DNA of 64,000 nt, from positions 1 to 64,000 of the IMG/VR virus record IMGVR_UViG_3300027732_002873; one strand, written 5' to 3'. The notes beneath the pieces are model-generated. The model saw only the letters and a list, made by a program, of their open reading frames with translations. It had not been told where the DNA came from and ran no database searches. Of the stretch, positions 38,804 to 48,840 are shown piece after piece. The stretch is from an uncultured virus (IMG/VR IMGVR_UViG_3300027732_002873). Lineage: Duplodnaviria; Heunggongvirae; Uroviricota; Caudoviricetes. The position numbers and the translations under genes were made by a program. Numbering within the stretch: the first letter of the stretch is position 1; each line of letters begins with the position of its first letter.

Positions 38804-39444
38804 GAATGTGTGATGCAGTAACTTTGATATTTTTCTGCACTCCGTTGTAATAGCGCAGTCCACGCTGGTTGATCAATATCGCTGATTACTAAACTGCACA
38901 TAATTTTAAGTCTATTAGCATAAACTGCTCCATGATATGTTCTATCATTATCAAAGGCAAATGAATTTGTATCTTCTGGTAGTGTTTGATAATATTTTTT
39001 TGCATCTAATCTTTTTTTAGTATAGTAAAAAGTTGGCTCAGTGTTGGCATCATAAAACATTATGCGGGGCGCTGTTGGCCCCACGATTGTATCCTTGGTA
39101 AGATATAACCCGTCGCGATGTTCTCCAATTATTCTGTAATTACTGATAAATTGAATTCTACGAGTAGTAAATGGCAGCGCATCAATCCGTGCTCGTAGCT
39201 TGGGAAATACATCACTGTAATCTTTGATTGTGGTAGTGAACATGGGAATATCTTTGTTACCAGTTATTTCCCAAACGAAACCTTTCCAACCAGGCTCTAC
39301 TTGTCCGTTGCCATTTGCATCTGGATGATGACGTTTAAAAATTTTTGCATCTTCATTCCATACTTGCCAAAAGTCTGTCCAGCTGTCGGGCTCAAACTTG
39401 GGTAAATCCAATGGCACTGAAATTATTTGTTCTATAGGTATCAT
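38800..39444 (-). CDS. 2OG-Fe(II)/cupin oxygenase-like protein
   Basis: HRD...FAFDN..TYHG...K. Confidence 0.7.
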   Translation of the reverse strand: MIPIEQIISVPLDLPKFEPDSWTDFWQVWNEDAKIFKRHHPDANGNGQVEPGWKGFVWEITGNKDIPMFTTTIKDYSDVFPKLRARIDALPFTTRRIQFISNYRIIGEHRDGLYLTKDTIVGPTAPRIMFYDANTEPTFYYTKKRLDAKKYYQTLPEDTNSFAFDNDRTYHGAVYANRLKIMCSLVISDIDQPAWTALLQRSAEKYQSYCITHS

Positions 39445-40187
39445 ATTTTTAATTTATTAAGCTGAAAGAACGCAGTTATGAATCTATTAATTCTTGCGGC
39501 TGCCGCGCGATGACCTTCTTGATTGAAATGTACTCCATCGGCGCAGGGATATAGATTACGATATTCGGATAACTTTAAGTCTCTTATAACTGCGCGACTG
39601 GTATATTCATATAGAATCATTTCGGTCCAGTCGACTATTACATACGGAATTTTTTTAACGGCAAGTTTCCATAACATACCCATTATGATATGTCTGTCTT
39701 GATCACGCTTAATGTCGATGTCTATGTATTTTGCAATATAGTTTACTAAATCTTTTCTATCATGATAAGTTTCGATACTGCTCAATGGCTGTGATTCGAT
39801 TAGGCCATGATTGTTTGTGTGCTCGGACCGGCTGTGATTTCTGTAGTCAAAATCTTGTATTGTAGGAATATTATCTTTCCAGTGTTTATCTGCAAATATA
39901 TCTGTAGTATAATCAAACCTCATACCAGTTGTTAGTCCTATGATTATAAAGTCTGGTTGGAGTGTAAACGCATAGTCTAGTTGCTTGGCAATACAGTAAT
40001 TACTGGCGCCAGGCTTAGACAAATTTACAATACTTGCTCCCAGTGTTTCTGCCACAATCTCTGGATATCCTTGATTAGATTTGACTATGTGTGTTTCATC
40101 ATGATAGTCATTTTCTAAATAATAGCCATGGGTTACACTGTCACCGCAGGCAACAATATTCTTAAAATAATTACCAGACATGTTCAT
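39441..40187 (-). CDS. SGNH/GDSL hydrolase or acyltransferase
   Basis: GDSVT.G, NLS.PGASN and DGVHFN..GH. Confidence 0.85.
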   Translation of the reverse strand: MNMSGNYFKNIVACGDSVTHGYYLENDYHDETHIVKSNQGYPEIVAETLGASIVNLSKPGASNYCIAKQLDYAFTLQPDFIIIGLTTGMRFDYTTDIFADKHWKDNIPTIQDFDYRNHSRSEHTNNHGLIESQPLSSIETYHDRKDLVNYIAKYIDIDIKRDQDRHIIMGMLWKLAVKKIPYVIVDWTEMILYEYTSRAVIRDLKLSEYRNLYPCADGVHFNQEGHRAAAARINRFITAFFQLNKLKI

Positions 40188-40974
40188 TAAACTTTGTTTC
40201 GTTGATCAAATGTTCAAATGTACGTCTTTCTTCAGGAGTATATTGTTCTTCGTATTTGTATAGTTCTTCGTGCTTGATACAATTCAATCCTCGGTCCTCA
40301 TTGTTCTCTAGCAATTTTTTGTGCCGTACTGAATCAATAGTACCTTGTACCGAAATAATAACTTTGTTATCACCCGGTTCGTAGGTAGATCCATGTTGGG
40401 CACAGAAATTATTTAATAGCCACCAGCTGCCTATTTTTCCTTGCCAAAATTTCTTAGGTAAACGTTTAGTTAAATGTGTAAATCCTGCACTAACCGGCTC
40501 TATAGCACGTCTACTGCCCCATTCGGACATAGGCTTACCTTGTACATAAAAACCCTTCTTTTCACAGCCTCGAAGATGCATTCGATAGCTAGCGGGTTCA
40601 CATGTAGCATCGGGCACGTGACTTTTACTACGGTCTACATGGCTAAGAACTTCTTTAGTGGATTCTAATAATACAATTCTTTCAATATAAGTCAATGGCA
40701 ATTGATTAAAATAATGCAAAGCTTCGGGAAATTTAACAACAAATTCATTATTCCACGGATTTCCTGGAATTGAGTTGTCCACTCTCACAGGATCGTTGAT
40801 ATCTACGTCATTTCTAATATGTGAACTTGCCCAAGGATAATCCAATGTGCTTGCGCCAATATTATCAAGTTTATGTTTCTTACTGTCATGCCACTCTAAT
40901 ATCCTATCTACTAGTTCTTTTGGCATTACTTCCAGCGGGGTGTCAGATACCATTTTTAAATTATATTTTAACAT
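40171..40974 (-). CDS. 2OG-Fe(II)/cupin oxygenase-like protein
   Basis: HVD...WLLNN..AQHG...K. Confidence 0.65.
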   Translation of the reverse strand: MLKYNLKMVSDTPLEVMPKELVDRILEWHDSKKHKLDNIGASTLDYPWASSHIRNDVDINDPVRVDNSIPGNPWNNEFVVKFPEALHYFNQLPLTYIERIVLLESTKEVLSHVDRSKSHVPDATCEPASYRMHLRGCEKKGFYVQGKPMSEWGSRRAIEPVSAGFTHLTKRLPKKFWQGKIGSWWLLNNFCAQHGSTYEPGDNKVIISVQGTIDSVRHKKLLENNEDRGLNCIKHEELYKYEEQYTPEERRTFEHLINETKFNEHVW

Positions 40975-40976
40975 TT

Positions 40977-41624
40977 TTACTCTCCAACAAGATGCCAAGG
41001 GTCTTTTTTAAATCTAAAACTTATTCCGGCTCTAAGCACTGGTCCGTAATTAATAACTCCGTGTGGTTGTTTTATATTTAACATCACTGGCCCATTTAGT
41101 GTGTATCTTCCAACTTCAATGGGATCGTCGGTGACAAACTTCATAAACTTTCGTTTCTCTTTGGTTCCTTTAACAATGTCTATTAACTCCACTGCTTCTA
41201 ATCGTCCGTTGTTTTTTAAAAATTGAGTATAAGAACTAGAACAATCTGTTAATGGAAAATTTAATGCCAGAATTTCTGGTCCCTGATCCATGTGTGTTGC
41301 ATTTATTGAATGTGGGGGAGTGCTTACATAGGCTATGCGTTCGATGTCACCTAAATTATTTTTAATAAAATATTTTTGTAATTCTGGCAAATGATTCATT
41401 ACACGATTAGAATCTAAATGAACAAATGTAAATTTTTCCAATGGACCCAAACTATCAGCTTCGGGGTTGTTGGGATCGGATAATATCATAATTGTATTAC
41501 CGTCTTTATTTTTACGATTTACTACTCCAACAGTTCTGTGCCGCTTATAAAAAACAGCCAGCTCTTGTTCTAAAATACTGATATTTTCTATTTCTAGAAT
41601 TTTAAATAAAAAAGTTTCTTTCAT
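40977..41624 (-). CDS. 2OG-Fe(II)/cupin oxygenase-like protein
   Basis: HMD, ALNFPL, PHGV.N....R; TAAATA-5 nt-ATG. Confidence 0.7.
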   Translation of the reverse strand: MKETFLFKILEIENISILEQELAVFYKRHRTVGVVNRKNKDGNTIMILSDPNNPEADSLGPLEKFTFVHLDSNRVMNHLPELQKYFIKNNLGDIERIAYVSTPPHSINATHMDQGPEILALNFPLTDCSSSYTQFLKNNGRLEAVELIDIVKGTKEKRKFMKFVTDDPIEVGRYTLNGPVMLNIKQPHGVINYGPVLRAGISFRFKKDPWHLVGE

Positions 41625-41632
41625 GCAATTAT

Positions 41633-42451
41633 TTATTCCTGCCAGTAAGGAGCAGTGCCAACTCTTTTGCCATTTTTATAGGCAATCAATATGCTGTCTG
41701 TTTTTGTTAGTCCGTGTTTTTCGCACATAGCAGTCAATCTGTCGCCACCGTAAGTATTCCAAAAATAATCAGGTGGTAGTTTACTCATAATATGAGTTGC
41801 CAGCTTAACTCCGGATAAGTTTACGTAGCCTATCTTATTCAATAAAGATATGTCTTTTATTTCTGTTTTACTAAAGCACACGCCTATTCGATTATACGGA
41901 ATTGACAATGTTTTACTAAAACTAATCCCAACGGTTTCAAAATTACTGACATCTAGATTAGTGGGCTTTACCATACCCAAATAAGCGCAGTCTAAATGCA
42001 TTCTTTTAGCAGTGCATTGATTGGCAAATGTTAATTCAGTATTATCACCATAATTATATCCTGGCCAGGATACTACTAAGTCGTCGACATCTGCAGGTTC
42101 AGATAACTCTGTATAGGGTCTGCCTGTTGCACTATGCCAATGTTGGTAATAACTATAGTCATCCTTATTCCATGCTATATTGTAACTGCGATTAAATAGG
42201 CTGATTAGATAATCGGTGTTACCATCAGTAACATACATAAAAGGGAATTTTTCTAAACCAGTTAACCAATTCGCAGACCAGCGCAGAGTGGTAATTTGTA
42301 AACGCTTAATTGGACCGATGCGTTCAGCCCAATTGAATTCTTTATCATAGGGACTAAACGTTTCGGCCGTTGCCGATGAAATTATACTAGAAACAAAATC
42401 ATCTCTAATTGGTTTAATTCTACTGGTATAAAGTTCATCACTAGACTGCAT
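41633..42451 (-). CDS. PLP-dependent aminotransferase-like protein (fold type I, compact)
   Basis: LDCAY and SFSK....NRIG motifs. Confidence 0.75.
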   Translation of the reverse strand: MQSSDELYTSRIKPIRDDFVSSIISSATAETFSPYDKEFNWAERIGPIKRLQITTLRWSANWLTGLEKFPFMYVTDGNTDYLISLFNRSYNIAWNKDDYSYYQHWHSATGRPYTELSEPADVDDLVVSWPGYNYGDNTELTFANQCTAKRMHLDCAYLGMVKPTNLDVSNFETVGISFSKTLSIPYNRIGVCFSKTEIKDISLLNKIGYVNLSGVKLATHIMSKLPPDYFWNTYGGDRLTAMCEKHGLTKTDSILIAYKNGKRVGTAPYWQE

Positions 42452-42452
42452 A

Positions 42453-42680
42453 TTACATTGCCAAATGATCTAACAAATCGCCCACTGTTTTAATATCATT
42501 TTTAGGATCTGAGATTTCTACACTGTAACGTTCTTCGAATTCTAGTTGTAGTTCTACAATATCCAAACTATCTAATCCCAGATCTTGAAGCGGTGTGAGT
42601 CTAGTAACGTCTGGCATTTCCTTTTTAAAAAGGTCTGTAAAAGCTGATCTTAGAAAGTCGAATTTTTCTTGATCTGTCAT
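42453..42680 (-). CDS. acpP: acyl carrier protein
   Basis: LGLDSLDIVEL phosphopantetheine site, TVGD; start MTDQ with GGAG SD. Confidence 0.9.
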   Translation of the reverse strand: MTDQEKFDFLRSAFTDLFKKEMPDVTRLTPLQDLGLDSLDIVELQLEFEERYSVEISDPKNDIKTVGDLLDHLAM

Positions 42681-42726
42681 AATTTCTCCAATGTTAGTTA
42701 TCAAATACTTATAATTAAAACTCTTA

Positions 42727-43542
42727 TTAGTTTGGTTGCAACGCCCACTGTTGCCACTCTCTAAAAGTTTCATCTGCCCATTCCTTTTTAAACTCATGGC
42801 GGACATGAACTTTTTGATTGGGCCAGTACCTAGTAAACGGAGTAAAGTTAGGGGATGTCATCCAACTGTGTGTATCGCCCGGATAAAGCTTCAATGATAA
42901 TTTTTTATCACTGTCTGTATAAAAAGATGAACAATTATTAGGAATACTCAACGGATCGAGTTCAGTTGACCAAATACGCAAGGGTGTATGTATATTTCCA
43001 AAAAACTGGCGGCGCGGCCTACAATCTGGCCAAATTAAGGCCACTGTTTTAAACAGATAAGGCTTACCGGTAACAGTAGAGCGGTTATGAGCAGGTGCCC
43101 ATAAACCAACAGCGCCGCCATAACTAAATCCGAACAAATGAACATCACCATTGGACCACGGCTGTGTTTTGATCCAATCTCCAAGTTTCTGAGTATGTTC
43201 GGCTTGATTACTAATTTGTTTTCCAATAAGTTTGACATTATCATCAGACCAATCACACTTCCCGCCAGTTTCACCTTTAGTATAGTCATTCACATACTGC
43301 GATATGACAATGTTGGCGCTGGGCCATACTTCTTGGAATTTTTTCAAATGATATTGCTGATACTGTTTGCCTGATTTATCTAATCCATTACACCCAGGAA
43401 TGTATAGTATTGTAGGGCCATTATTGTTAGTAATAATAATGTCAACTGTTGTTGAATCTACAGTCTGCCTAGACATACCAGACGAATTAACACTGACACA
43501 TCCACTAATTAAAAACATTAGTAAACTAATTAGATATTTCAT
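42727..43542 (-). CDS. exported alpha/beta hydrolase (dienelactone hydrolase-like), possible lipoprotein
   Basis: Lipobox-like ISGC; GFSYGG, DP and YPG.TH motifs. Confidence 0.75.
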   Translation of the reverse strand: MKYLISLLMFLISGCVSVNSSGMSRQTVDSTTVDIIITNNNGPTILYIPGCNGLDKSGKQYQQYHLKKFQEVWPSANIVISQYVNDYTKGETGGKCDWSDDNVKLIGKQISNQAEHTQKLGDWIKTQPWSNGDVHLFGFSYGGAVGLWAPAHNRSTVTGKPYLFKTVALIWPDCRPRRQFFGNIHTPLRIWSTELDPLSIPNNCSSFYTDSDKKLSLKLYPGDTHSWMTSPNFTPFTRYWPNQKVHVRHEFKKEWADETFREWQQWALQPN

Positions 43543-43578
43543 TTTAATATTTCTTTCAAGTAAAATTGTATAATACTA

Positions 43579-44181
43579 TTATGTAATAGTATTATTGCCG
43601 TTTTTAAAACCTACACTTCCGCCTTCTTCTTCAATACGTTTGATAACATCTTCAAATAAGATAGGAGCAAAGTCAGTTTGCTCTACACAAACACAATGAT
43701 AGCGTACATCCGGTTCGTCACTGTATAAGATTTCTCCGGTACGTGCATCGACTCCGCGGGCCTTACGTACACGATTTGCGTGTAAGTGTCCGTGAATGTT
43801 AGTGCCAAAACGACCTAAGCTATCACTGTGTACAGGAATATGGCTAAGTATCATTCCGTTCATAACATGGTAAGCACGTAGTTCTCGAAAGTATTCTCTA
43901 TACTCGTCATCTCGAAAGATGTCGTGGTTGCCACGAATTAGCACCTTGTCGCCGTTTAGACGAGCAAGAGTTTTCAATGACTTACGGTTAATGACAACAT
44001 CGCCCAGGTGATAAACTTTGTCGTTGGGTCGAACGCTGTCATTCCAACGACGGATCATTTCTTCGTCCATTTCGTCGGCATCGTCCCATGGGCGAAGTTT
44101 TGTAACTCCGTCGTTGCGTGTGAAGCGACATACTCCGGTGTGACCGAAATGCGTGTCGCTGACTAAAAATACACTGGGCAT
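43579..44181 (-). CDS. calcineurin-like metallophosphoesterase
   Basis: SDTHFGH, HLGDV, GNHD and HGHLH; sigma70 promoter at 44208-44236. Confidence 0.92.
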   Translation of the reverse strand: MPSVFLVSDTHFGHTGVCRFTRNDGVTKLRPWDDADEMDEEMIRRWNDSVRPNDKVYHLGDVVINRKSLKTLARLNGDKVLIRGNHDIFRDDEYREYFRELRAYHVMNGMILSHIPVHSDSLGRFGTNIHGHLHANRVRKARGVDARTGEILYSDEPDVRYHCVCVEQTDFAPILFEDVIKRIEEEGGSVGFKNGNNTIT

Positions 44182-44269
44182 ATATTGCTCCTTTCATTTG
44201 AATTTGTATTTTAACATATACACTGATATATGTCAATATTATTGAAAAACAATTACATGCAATAAGTTA

Positions 44270-44842
44270 TTATTGTAGTAAATATTTTATATCTTTGGTG
44301 AACGCAATGGTGGCAGTTAGCCGGGGTCCTAGACAATCGGGATTTGTGTACACACCGTGGGCTATTCCTGAATCAAACACGATTGGGGAAATTAATTCGG
44401 CTGCACAAATTTCCTTTAACGGATTTCCGTTTCCAATAATACAGTCATTGACTGCGTCATATTGGCTTATAGCAAAGAATGTGTCTCCTTCATTGCCTTT
44501 TTTTTCGATGACACTGTTTCCGTTCAAATCAAAAAACTTAGTATAAGATCCTGCACAATTTCTAACCGGAAATAACATCCTAATAAGGCCACCAGAGTCT
44601 ATGTGTACGCCCCCGTAAACTTTGGGCTTTCTATGTATTATAGAAATCATTTCTATATCTGCATCGACTATTTTTCTTAATTCAACTGCTAACTCAGGAA
44701 CAAATTTTAAAACATCATCCTTTTTTAAAGTAGTCCAAGGAGATGCGTTTTTTAATACATCAGTGTGATGTAAAACATAATCATATAACTTATCAGAAAT
44801 TAGTTGATGTTCTTTAATTGATATATATTTAAAAGGTATCAT
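44270..44842 (-). CDS. 2OG-Fe(II)/cupin oxygenase-like protein
   Basis: HID...AHGV......R. Confidence 0.7.
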   Translation of the reverse strand: MIPFKYISIKEHQLISDKLYDYVLHHTDVLKNASPWTTLKKDDVLKFVPELAVELRKIVDADIEMISIIHRKPKVYGGVHIDSGGLIRMLFPVRNCAGSYTKFFDLNGNSVIEKKGNEGDTFFAISQYDAVNDCIIGNGNPLKEICAAELISPIVFDSGIAHGVYTNPDCLGPRLTATIAFTKDIKYLLQ

Positions 44843-45513
44843 GTCATGATAACTTCGGGCATTACAGTTTTCTGTTGGTGTTTATTGGGTAAAACATAAG
44901 GACGTTCTCCTTTGTAATCAAACCAATGCCGGCCATTCTCATCAACTTCTGGAATGGAAACTAGTTTATTAGCCACTGTAACTGTTAATATAATTCTAGC
45001 TCCGGGTGCATCACTGAACAATGCTGTTGCGCTGGGGTAATGTTCTAAACCGTTATTATCTACATTACCAAACACTCCTGCTTTGAAGCCAAGGCTTTCT
45101 GCGGCCATCATGGCATAAGTTGCCGATATCATTGCATCCCTGATACAAAAAATCAAAGTATCTATACCATTGGTCTTCATAGTAACAGCTCGTTTAGGCG
45201 TAACTACAAATACCAAACTTAATCCACTTAAAATTGGTTGTATCATTTCTCTGCCACTATACGGATCTGTTATTTTTGGATGTGTGCCGTCGCCATTCAT
45301 ACATCTATAATATTTTAACAAAGCTTCTTTTTTTTCTATACCGGCTGTACTATTAGTTAACGCATGGATTTTATATCCATAATTTTGATCAAGAGAGGGT
45401 GCTAATTTTGCAATATCTAGAATTTTTTGAATATTTTCTTCAGATATATTATCAGTTTCTACTAAACGTGGAGTTTTTCTTTTTTCTACCAAAGTTTTTA
45501 GTTGATCATACAT
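44839..45513 (-). CDS. nitroreductase-like protein
   Basis: KRKTPR, A.LAPS..QN and AAESLG motifs. Confidence 0.75.
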   Translation of the reverse strand: MYDQLKTLVEKRKTPRLVETDNISEENIQKILDIAKLAPSLDQNYGYKIHALTNSTAGIEKKEALLKYYRCMNGDGTHPKITDPYSGREMIQPILSGLSLVFVVTPKRAVTMKTNGIDTLIFCIRDAMISATYAMMAAESLGFKAGVFGNVDNNGLEHYPSATALFSDAPGARIILTVTVANKLVSIPEVDENGRHWFDYKGERPYVLPNKHQQKTVMPEVIMT

Positions 45514-45593
45514 ATAATTCTCCAATATTTAAATACACATTCATGTAATATATTTATAATAAATTATGTCCGAAAAGATCCGAACTACTAACT

Positions 45594-46061
45594 TTATATA
45601 TTATTTTTAAAAGTTCGCCAATCATCAATGTTGGGCTTTTCATCTTCATCATAAGTCCATCCCAGTGCTTTCATCATGCGATGCTTGACAAGTAAGTTAG
45701 GGCTACGGAATCGTCCAGTATCTTCAAAACCCATCATCACTCCGACTTCGCAGACCGCGCCACTACGACAAATGCCTGCATAGCAATGAACGACAACATT
45801 CATTCTATTGAGCTTGGCGTGTTGCAGTAGTCTTACCAATTCATTGGCCTGCTCTTGGCTACAACGCATGGCTTCATCTAATGCAAAGTCATTCTTTTCA
45901 ATGTCAAGGAACTCAAAATTATGCTGTTCTTTAAACTTGTGAGCAGGTATAGGTCTCCAGCTTGCTGGATCGACAATACTGATCAGCATACTGTTCTCAC
46001 CAGGCTCGTGATGGAATCTTTTTGGGATATCATCTGCGGCTACGTTTTCAATCCATGGCAT
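45594..46061 (-). CDS. protein tyrosine/dual-specificity phosphatase-like protein
   Basis: VVHCYAGICRS (CX5R); TTGACT-17-TATAAT promoter at 46080-46108. Confidence 0.85.
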   Translation of the reverse strand: MPWIENVAADDIPKRFHHEPGENSMLISIVDPASWRPIPAHKFKEQHNFEFLDIEKNDFALDEAMRCSQEQANELVRLLQHAKLNRMNVVVHCYAGICRSGAVCEVGVMMGFEDTGRFRSPNLLVKHRMMKALGWTYDEDEKPNIDDWRTFKNNI

Positions 46062-46127
46062 TATTTTTCCTTTGTTTGTATTATACTATACTTTGATGTT
46101 CGAGTCAAACGACGACTAAATATAATT

Positions 46128-46679
46128 ATGTCCGATTATTGCGTATATTTAAATTTAAATATTAATCCAGCGACCATAGATCACCTCGAGTTGAAAAAGA
46201 AATATCAAACTCCCATTGATCATGAAAATATAAATCCTGATTTTATTAATTTTTTAAAAAATCTTGGTATACAAATTTGGTACATGGAATCATTTTATTC
46301 TCGTCCGTATGCCAACCTAAGTAAACAAGGAATCCACACAGATTGCATGGGAGGTGATTACGTTAAAATAAATTTTATATACGGCGGCCATGGCAGTCTA
46401 ATGCATTGGTATAAAGTAAAAGAAACATCTTCTGCGCCAGCCGTAGTAGAAAAAACACCGATCAATACCCAATATATACCATGGAGACCAGATATGGTCG
46501 ACTTGGCGGAAAGTAGCCCATTAAGTTATCCTAGTTTAGTGCAAGCGGGATGTCCGCATAATGTAACTACTACAAAAGAAGATCGTTTATGCATTACTGT
46601 GGTATTGGTTGATTTAATAACAAAAAAAAGACTTACTATGGCAGAAGCGAAACTTAGATTTCAGGAATTTATAATCTAA
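46128..46679 (+). CDS. 2OG-Fe(II)/cupin oxygenase-like protein
   Basis: IHTD...PHNV....R; start MSDY behind CTAAATA. Confidence 0.7.
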   Translation: MSDYCVYLNLNINPATIDHLELKKKYQTPIDHENINPDFINFLKNLGIQIWYMESFYSRPYANLSKQGIHTDCMGGDYVKINFIYGGHGSLMHWYKVKETSSAPAVVEKTPINTQYIPWRPDMVDLAESSPLSYPSLVQAGCPHNVTTTKEDRLCITVVLVDLITKKRLTMAEAKLRFQEFII

Positions 46680-47215
46680 TCGTCGATGTAACCAGTTTCT
46701 TGCAACATACTGTGTACCTGATCAAAGGTATAGTTACTTGATTGTAATACCAGAGCAACTCTGTCAACAGTACTGGATTTTAGATTCTTAACGCTGTGTG
46801 GGCTAGACACATCCAATAACCAAGCATCTCCGGATTCTGCTACAAAACTTCCAGCGTGTTCTAAATTTTCTTCTTTAAATGTCCTGCCAGTAGTTTGAGT
46901 AGTCATTTTAACTCCTAGGCTAGCATCTACTTTCTTAAAGAAATTTGTTTGGCAATCAACGGCTTTGACATAAAAATTTATAGTAGCATACACGTAGCTA
47001 TCTGTATGAGGAGGAATGTTATAATTTATTTTCATTTCTCTTGCAAAGAAATCTTTTCTATATCTCTCAGGGATAACCGAAAGCATCAAATCTTTATTGT
47101 AATTATCAATGTTATAGAATCCAATGCCCTTGCCATTGATGGCATATTCGTTGATCAATGATGTTTCTGTAAAATTACTAACATCAAATTTTTTATTAAG
47201 TTTGATAAATTGCAT
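46676..47215 (-). CDS. 2OG-Fe(II)/cupin oxygenase-like protein
   Basis: PPHTD...PHSV......R. Confidence 0.72.
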   Translation of the reverse strand: MQFIKLNKKFDVSNFTETSLINEYAINGKGIGFYNIDNYNKDLMLSVIPERYRKDFFAREMKINYNIPPHTDSYVYATINFYVKAVDCQTNFFKKVDASLGVKMTTQTTGRTFKEENLEHAGSFVAESGDAWLLDVSSPHSVKNLKSSTVDRVALVLQSSNYTFDQVHSMLQETGYIDD

Positions 47216-47220
47216 AATTA

Positions 47221-47238
47221 TATTTATAGGTATAAATA
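47221..47238. promoter_or_regulatory. back-to-back T4-type late promoter motifs
   Basis: TATTTATA-gg-TATAAATA, each 5-6 nt from the ATG of a divergent gene. Confidence 0.7.
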
Positions 47239-47244
47239 CTTTTT

Positions 47245-47790
47245 ATGAACACTGCTGATTTTTATAAGCCTGTACACATCGAAAATCTCAACGAAATACA
47301 ACAAGAAGTATTAAAATTAATACCTGAATATTTACTCGATAAAACAACATTAACTTATATAGAAAATAATAAGGAAATATTTCTTAAAGTTGCCGCACTA
47401 CGCGATTTTTTAAAAAGTAAAAAAATGCTCGATTCAGTGGGTTCGATTGCTGTCAACGTAACCGTTGGAAAAGACGCCGGAACTTATCACATGGACAGTG
47501 GTCCTTTTAAACATAGTTTAAATATACCAATAATCGGCTGTGAAAATACTTGGATTAATTTTTTTAAAGTGAACTCTGATTATACCATTGTCAAAGTAAA
47601 CAATAAGGGTAAGACTCATCAATTTTTTAGATACACCGAAGACCAGTGCGAACTAATATATGAAGCTGAAACATATGAGCCATACATATTGGGAGTAAAA
47701 ACTCCGCACAGAGTTGTCAATAATGGTGATCAGACTAGGATCATGATCTTAATAAGATTGTTTCCTGGACCCTGGGAAGAAACTATTTAA
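47245..47790 (+). CDS. 2OG-Fe(II)/cupin oxygenase-like protein
   Basis: HMD, LNIPI, PHRVVN....R. Confidence 0.72.
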   Translation: MNTADFYKPVHIENLNEIQQEVLKLIPEYLLDKTTLTYIENNKEIFLKVAALRDFLKSKKMLDSVGSIAVNVTVGKDAGTYHMDSGPFKHSLNIPIIGCENTWINFFKVNSDYTIVKVNNKGKTHQFFRYTEDQCELIYEAETYEPYILGVKTPHRVVNNGDQTRIMILIRLFPGPWEETI

Positions 47791-47793
47791 TAA

Positions 47794-47870
47794 TGGCCGG
47801 CCCTGAGAGATTCGAACTCCCAACTTCCAGTTTCGAAGACTGGCACTCTATCCAATTGAGTTAAGGACCG
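47794..47870 (-). tRNA. tRNA-Arg(UCG)
   Basis: Cloverleaf, CU-UCG-AA, CCA. Confidence 0.93.
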
Positions 47871-47874
47871 CGGG

Positions 47875-48804
47875 TTAAATTTTATATTTTTCAGACCTAA
47901 TATCAGTCGGACAAGTACAATATTTAAATGGACAGGCTAGATAGTTAGTATCTAAATTAAAATCAGTTATGTGACCCAGAGATTTAGCATTACATATTCC
48001 GGCATTGACTTTTCCGTTAAAATCAATCACTAAACTTTGACTAGCTACTTTACATTTCCAACCTTTAAATTCATTCCAATTATTGATAGTAATTTTACCC
48101 AGGACTAAATTTTCAGCTGATCCGTCGTCGAAATATATCACTGAGTTAATAAAGCCACGGGATGATGACGGATTCGCAATGTGGTTTTTAATCCATGCGG
48201 TTTGTTCATCTGTATAAGAATAATTTTCTCTAGTTGTTTCTAAATAATTTAGAACTTTTGTAGTTACCATTGGTTTCAAATAATCATCTATATTGTCGTA
48301 TAACTCTAATACAGTATCCCATCTGTCAGGATCGCAACTAAGGTTGAACAATATCGAAGTGCCGGACTCTACTATAGATTTTGCCAGATTATTTACTTTA
48401 TCTATCTTTGTAAACTCTGGATGAAGGGACATTGTTACATTATCTAAAAATGGCAAAGCTTCGCTCCACCATTCATCACTTCTAGATCCGTTGGTAGTGA
48501 CACCTAGATAAACATTTTCTACACTCATATATTTTATAATGTCAAGGAAATTAGGATGCAATGTCGGTTCGCCACCACCAAACTGAAGATTTAAATGCGT
48601 TCCGGAAGCTGCCACAGCTTTCAGCTTGTCCATAAAAATTATAATGTCAGAATAAATTGGAAAGCCTGGTAATTTTCCATTGGCATACTTTCCGCTGTGC
48701 AAGAAACTAGGACAGTAATTGCATTTAAAGTTACAAAAATCAGTGAGCTTCCAGTATATATTTATAACTGGTTTTTTGGGAATAATTTTAATAGGTTGTT
48801 TCAT
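47875..48804 (-). CDS. radical SAM protein with C-terminal Cys cluster
   Basis: CNFKCNYC, GGEPT, TTNG; start MKQP. Confidence 0.9.
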   Translation of the reverse strand: MKQPIKIIPKKPVINIYWKLTDFCNFKCNYCPSFLHSGKYANGKLPGFPIYSDIIIFMDKLKAVAASGTHLNLQFGGGEPTLHPNFLDIIKYMSVENVYLGVTTNGSRSDEWWSEALPFLDNVTMSLHPEFTKIDKVNNLAKSIVESGTSILFNLSCDPDRWDTVLELYDNIDDYLKPMVTTKVLNYLETTRENYSYTDEQTAWIKNHIANPSSSRGFINSVIYFDDGSAENLVLGKITINNWNEFKGWKCKVASQSLVIDFNGKVNAGICNAKSLGHITDFNLDTNYLACPFKYCTCPTDIRSEKYKI

Positions 48805-48840
48805 CGTGTATTTAAAGGTCAAATATGCTTTTTTTATTTT

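Noticed and set aside
45921..46127. N-terminal extension of the + strand oxygenase ORF (likewise 23951-23998 and 58849-58914)
   Set aside because: The extensions overlap an opposite-strand gene, a tRNA or intergenic DNA; the better starts follow the TAAATA motif.
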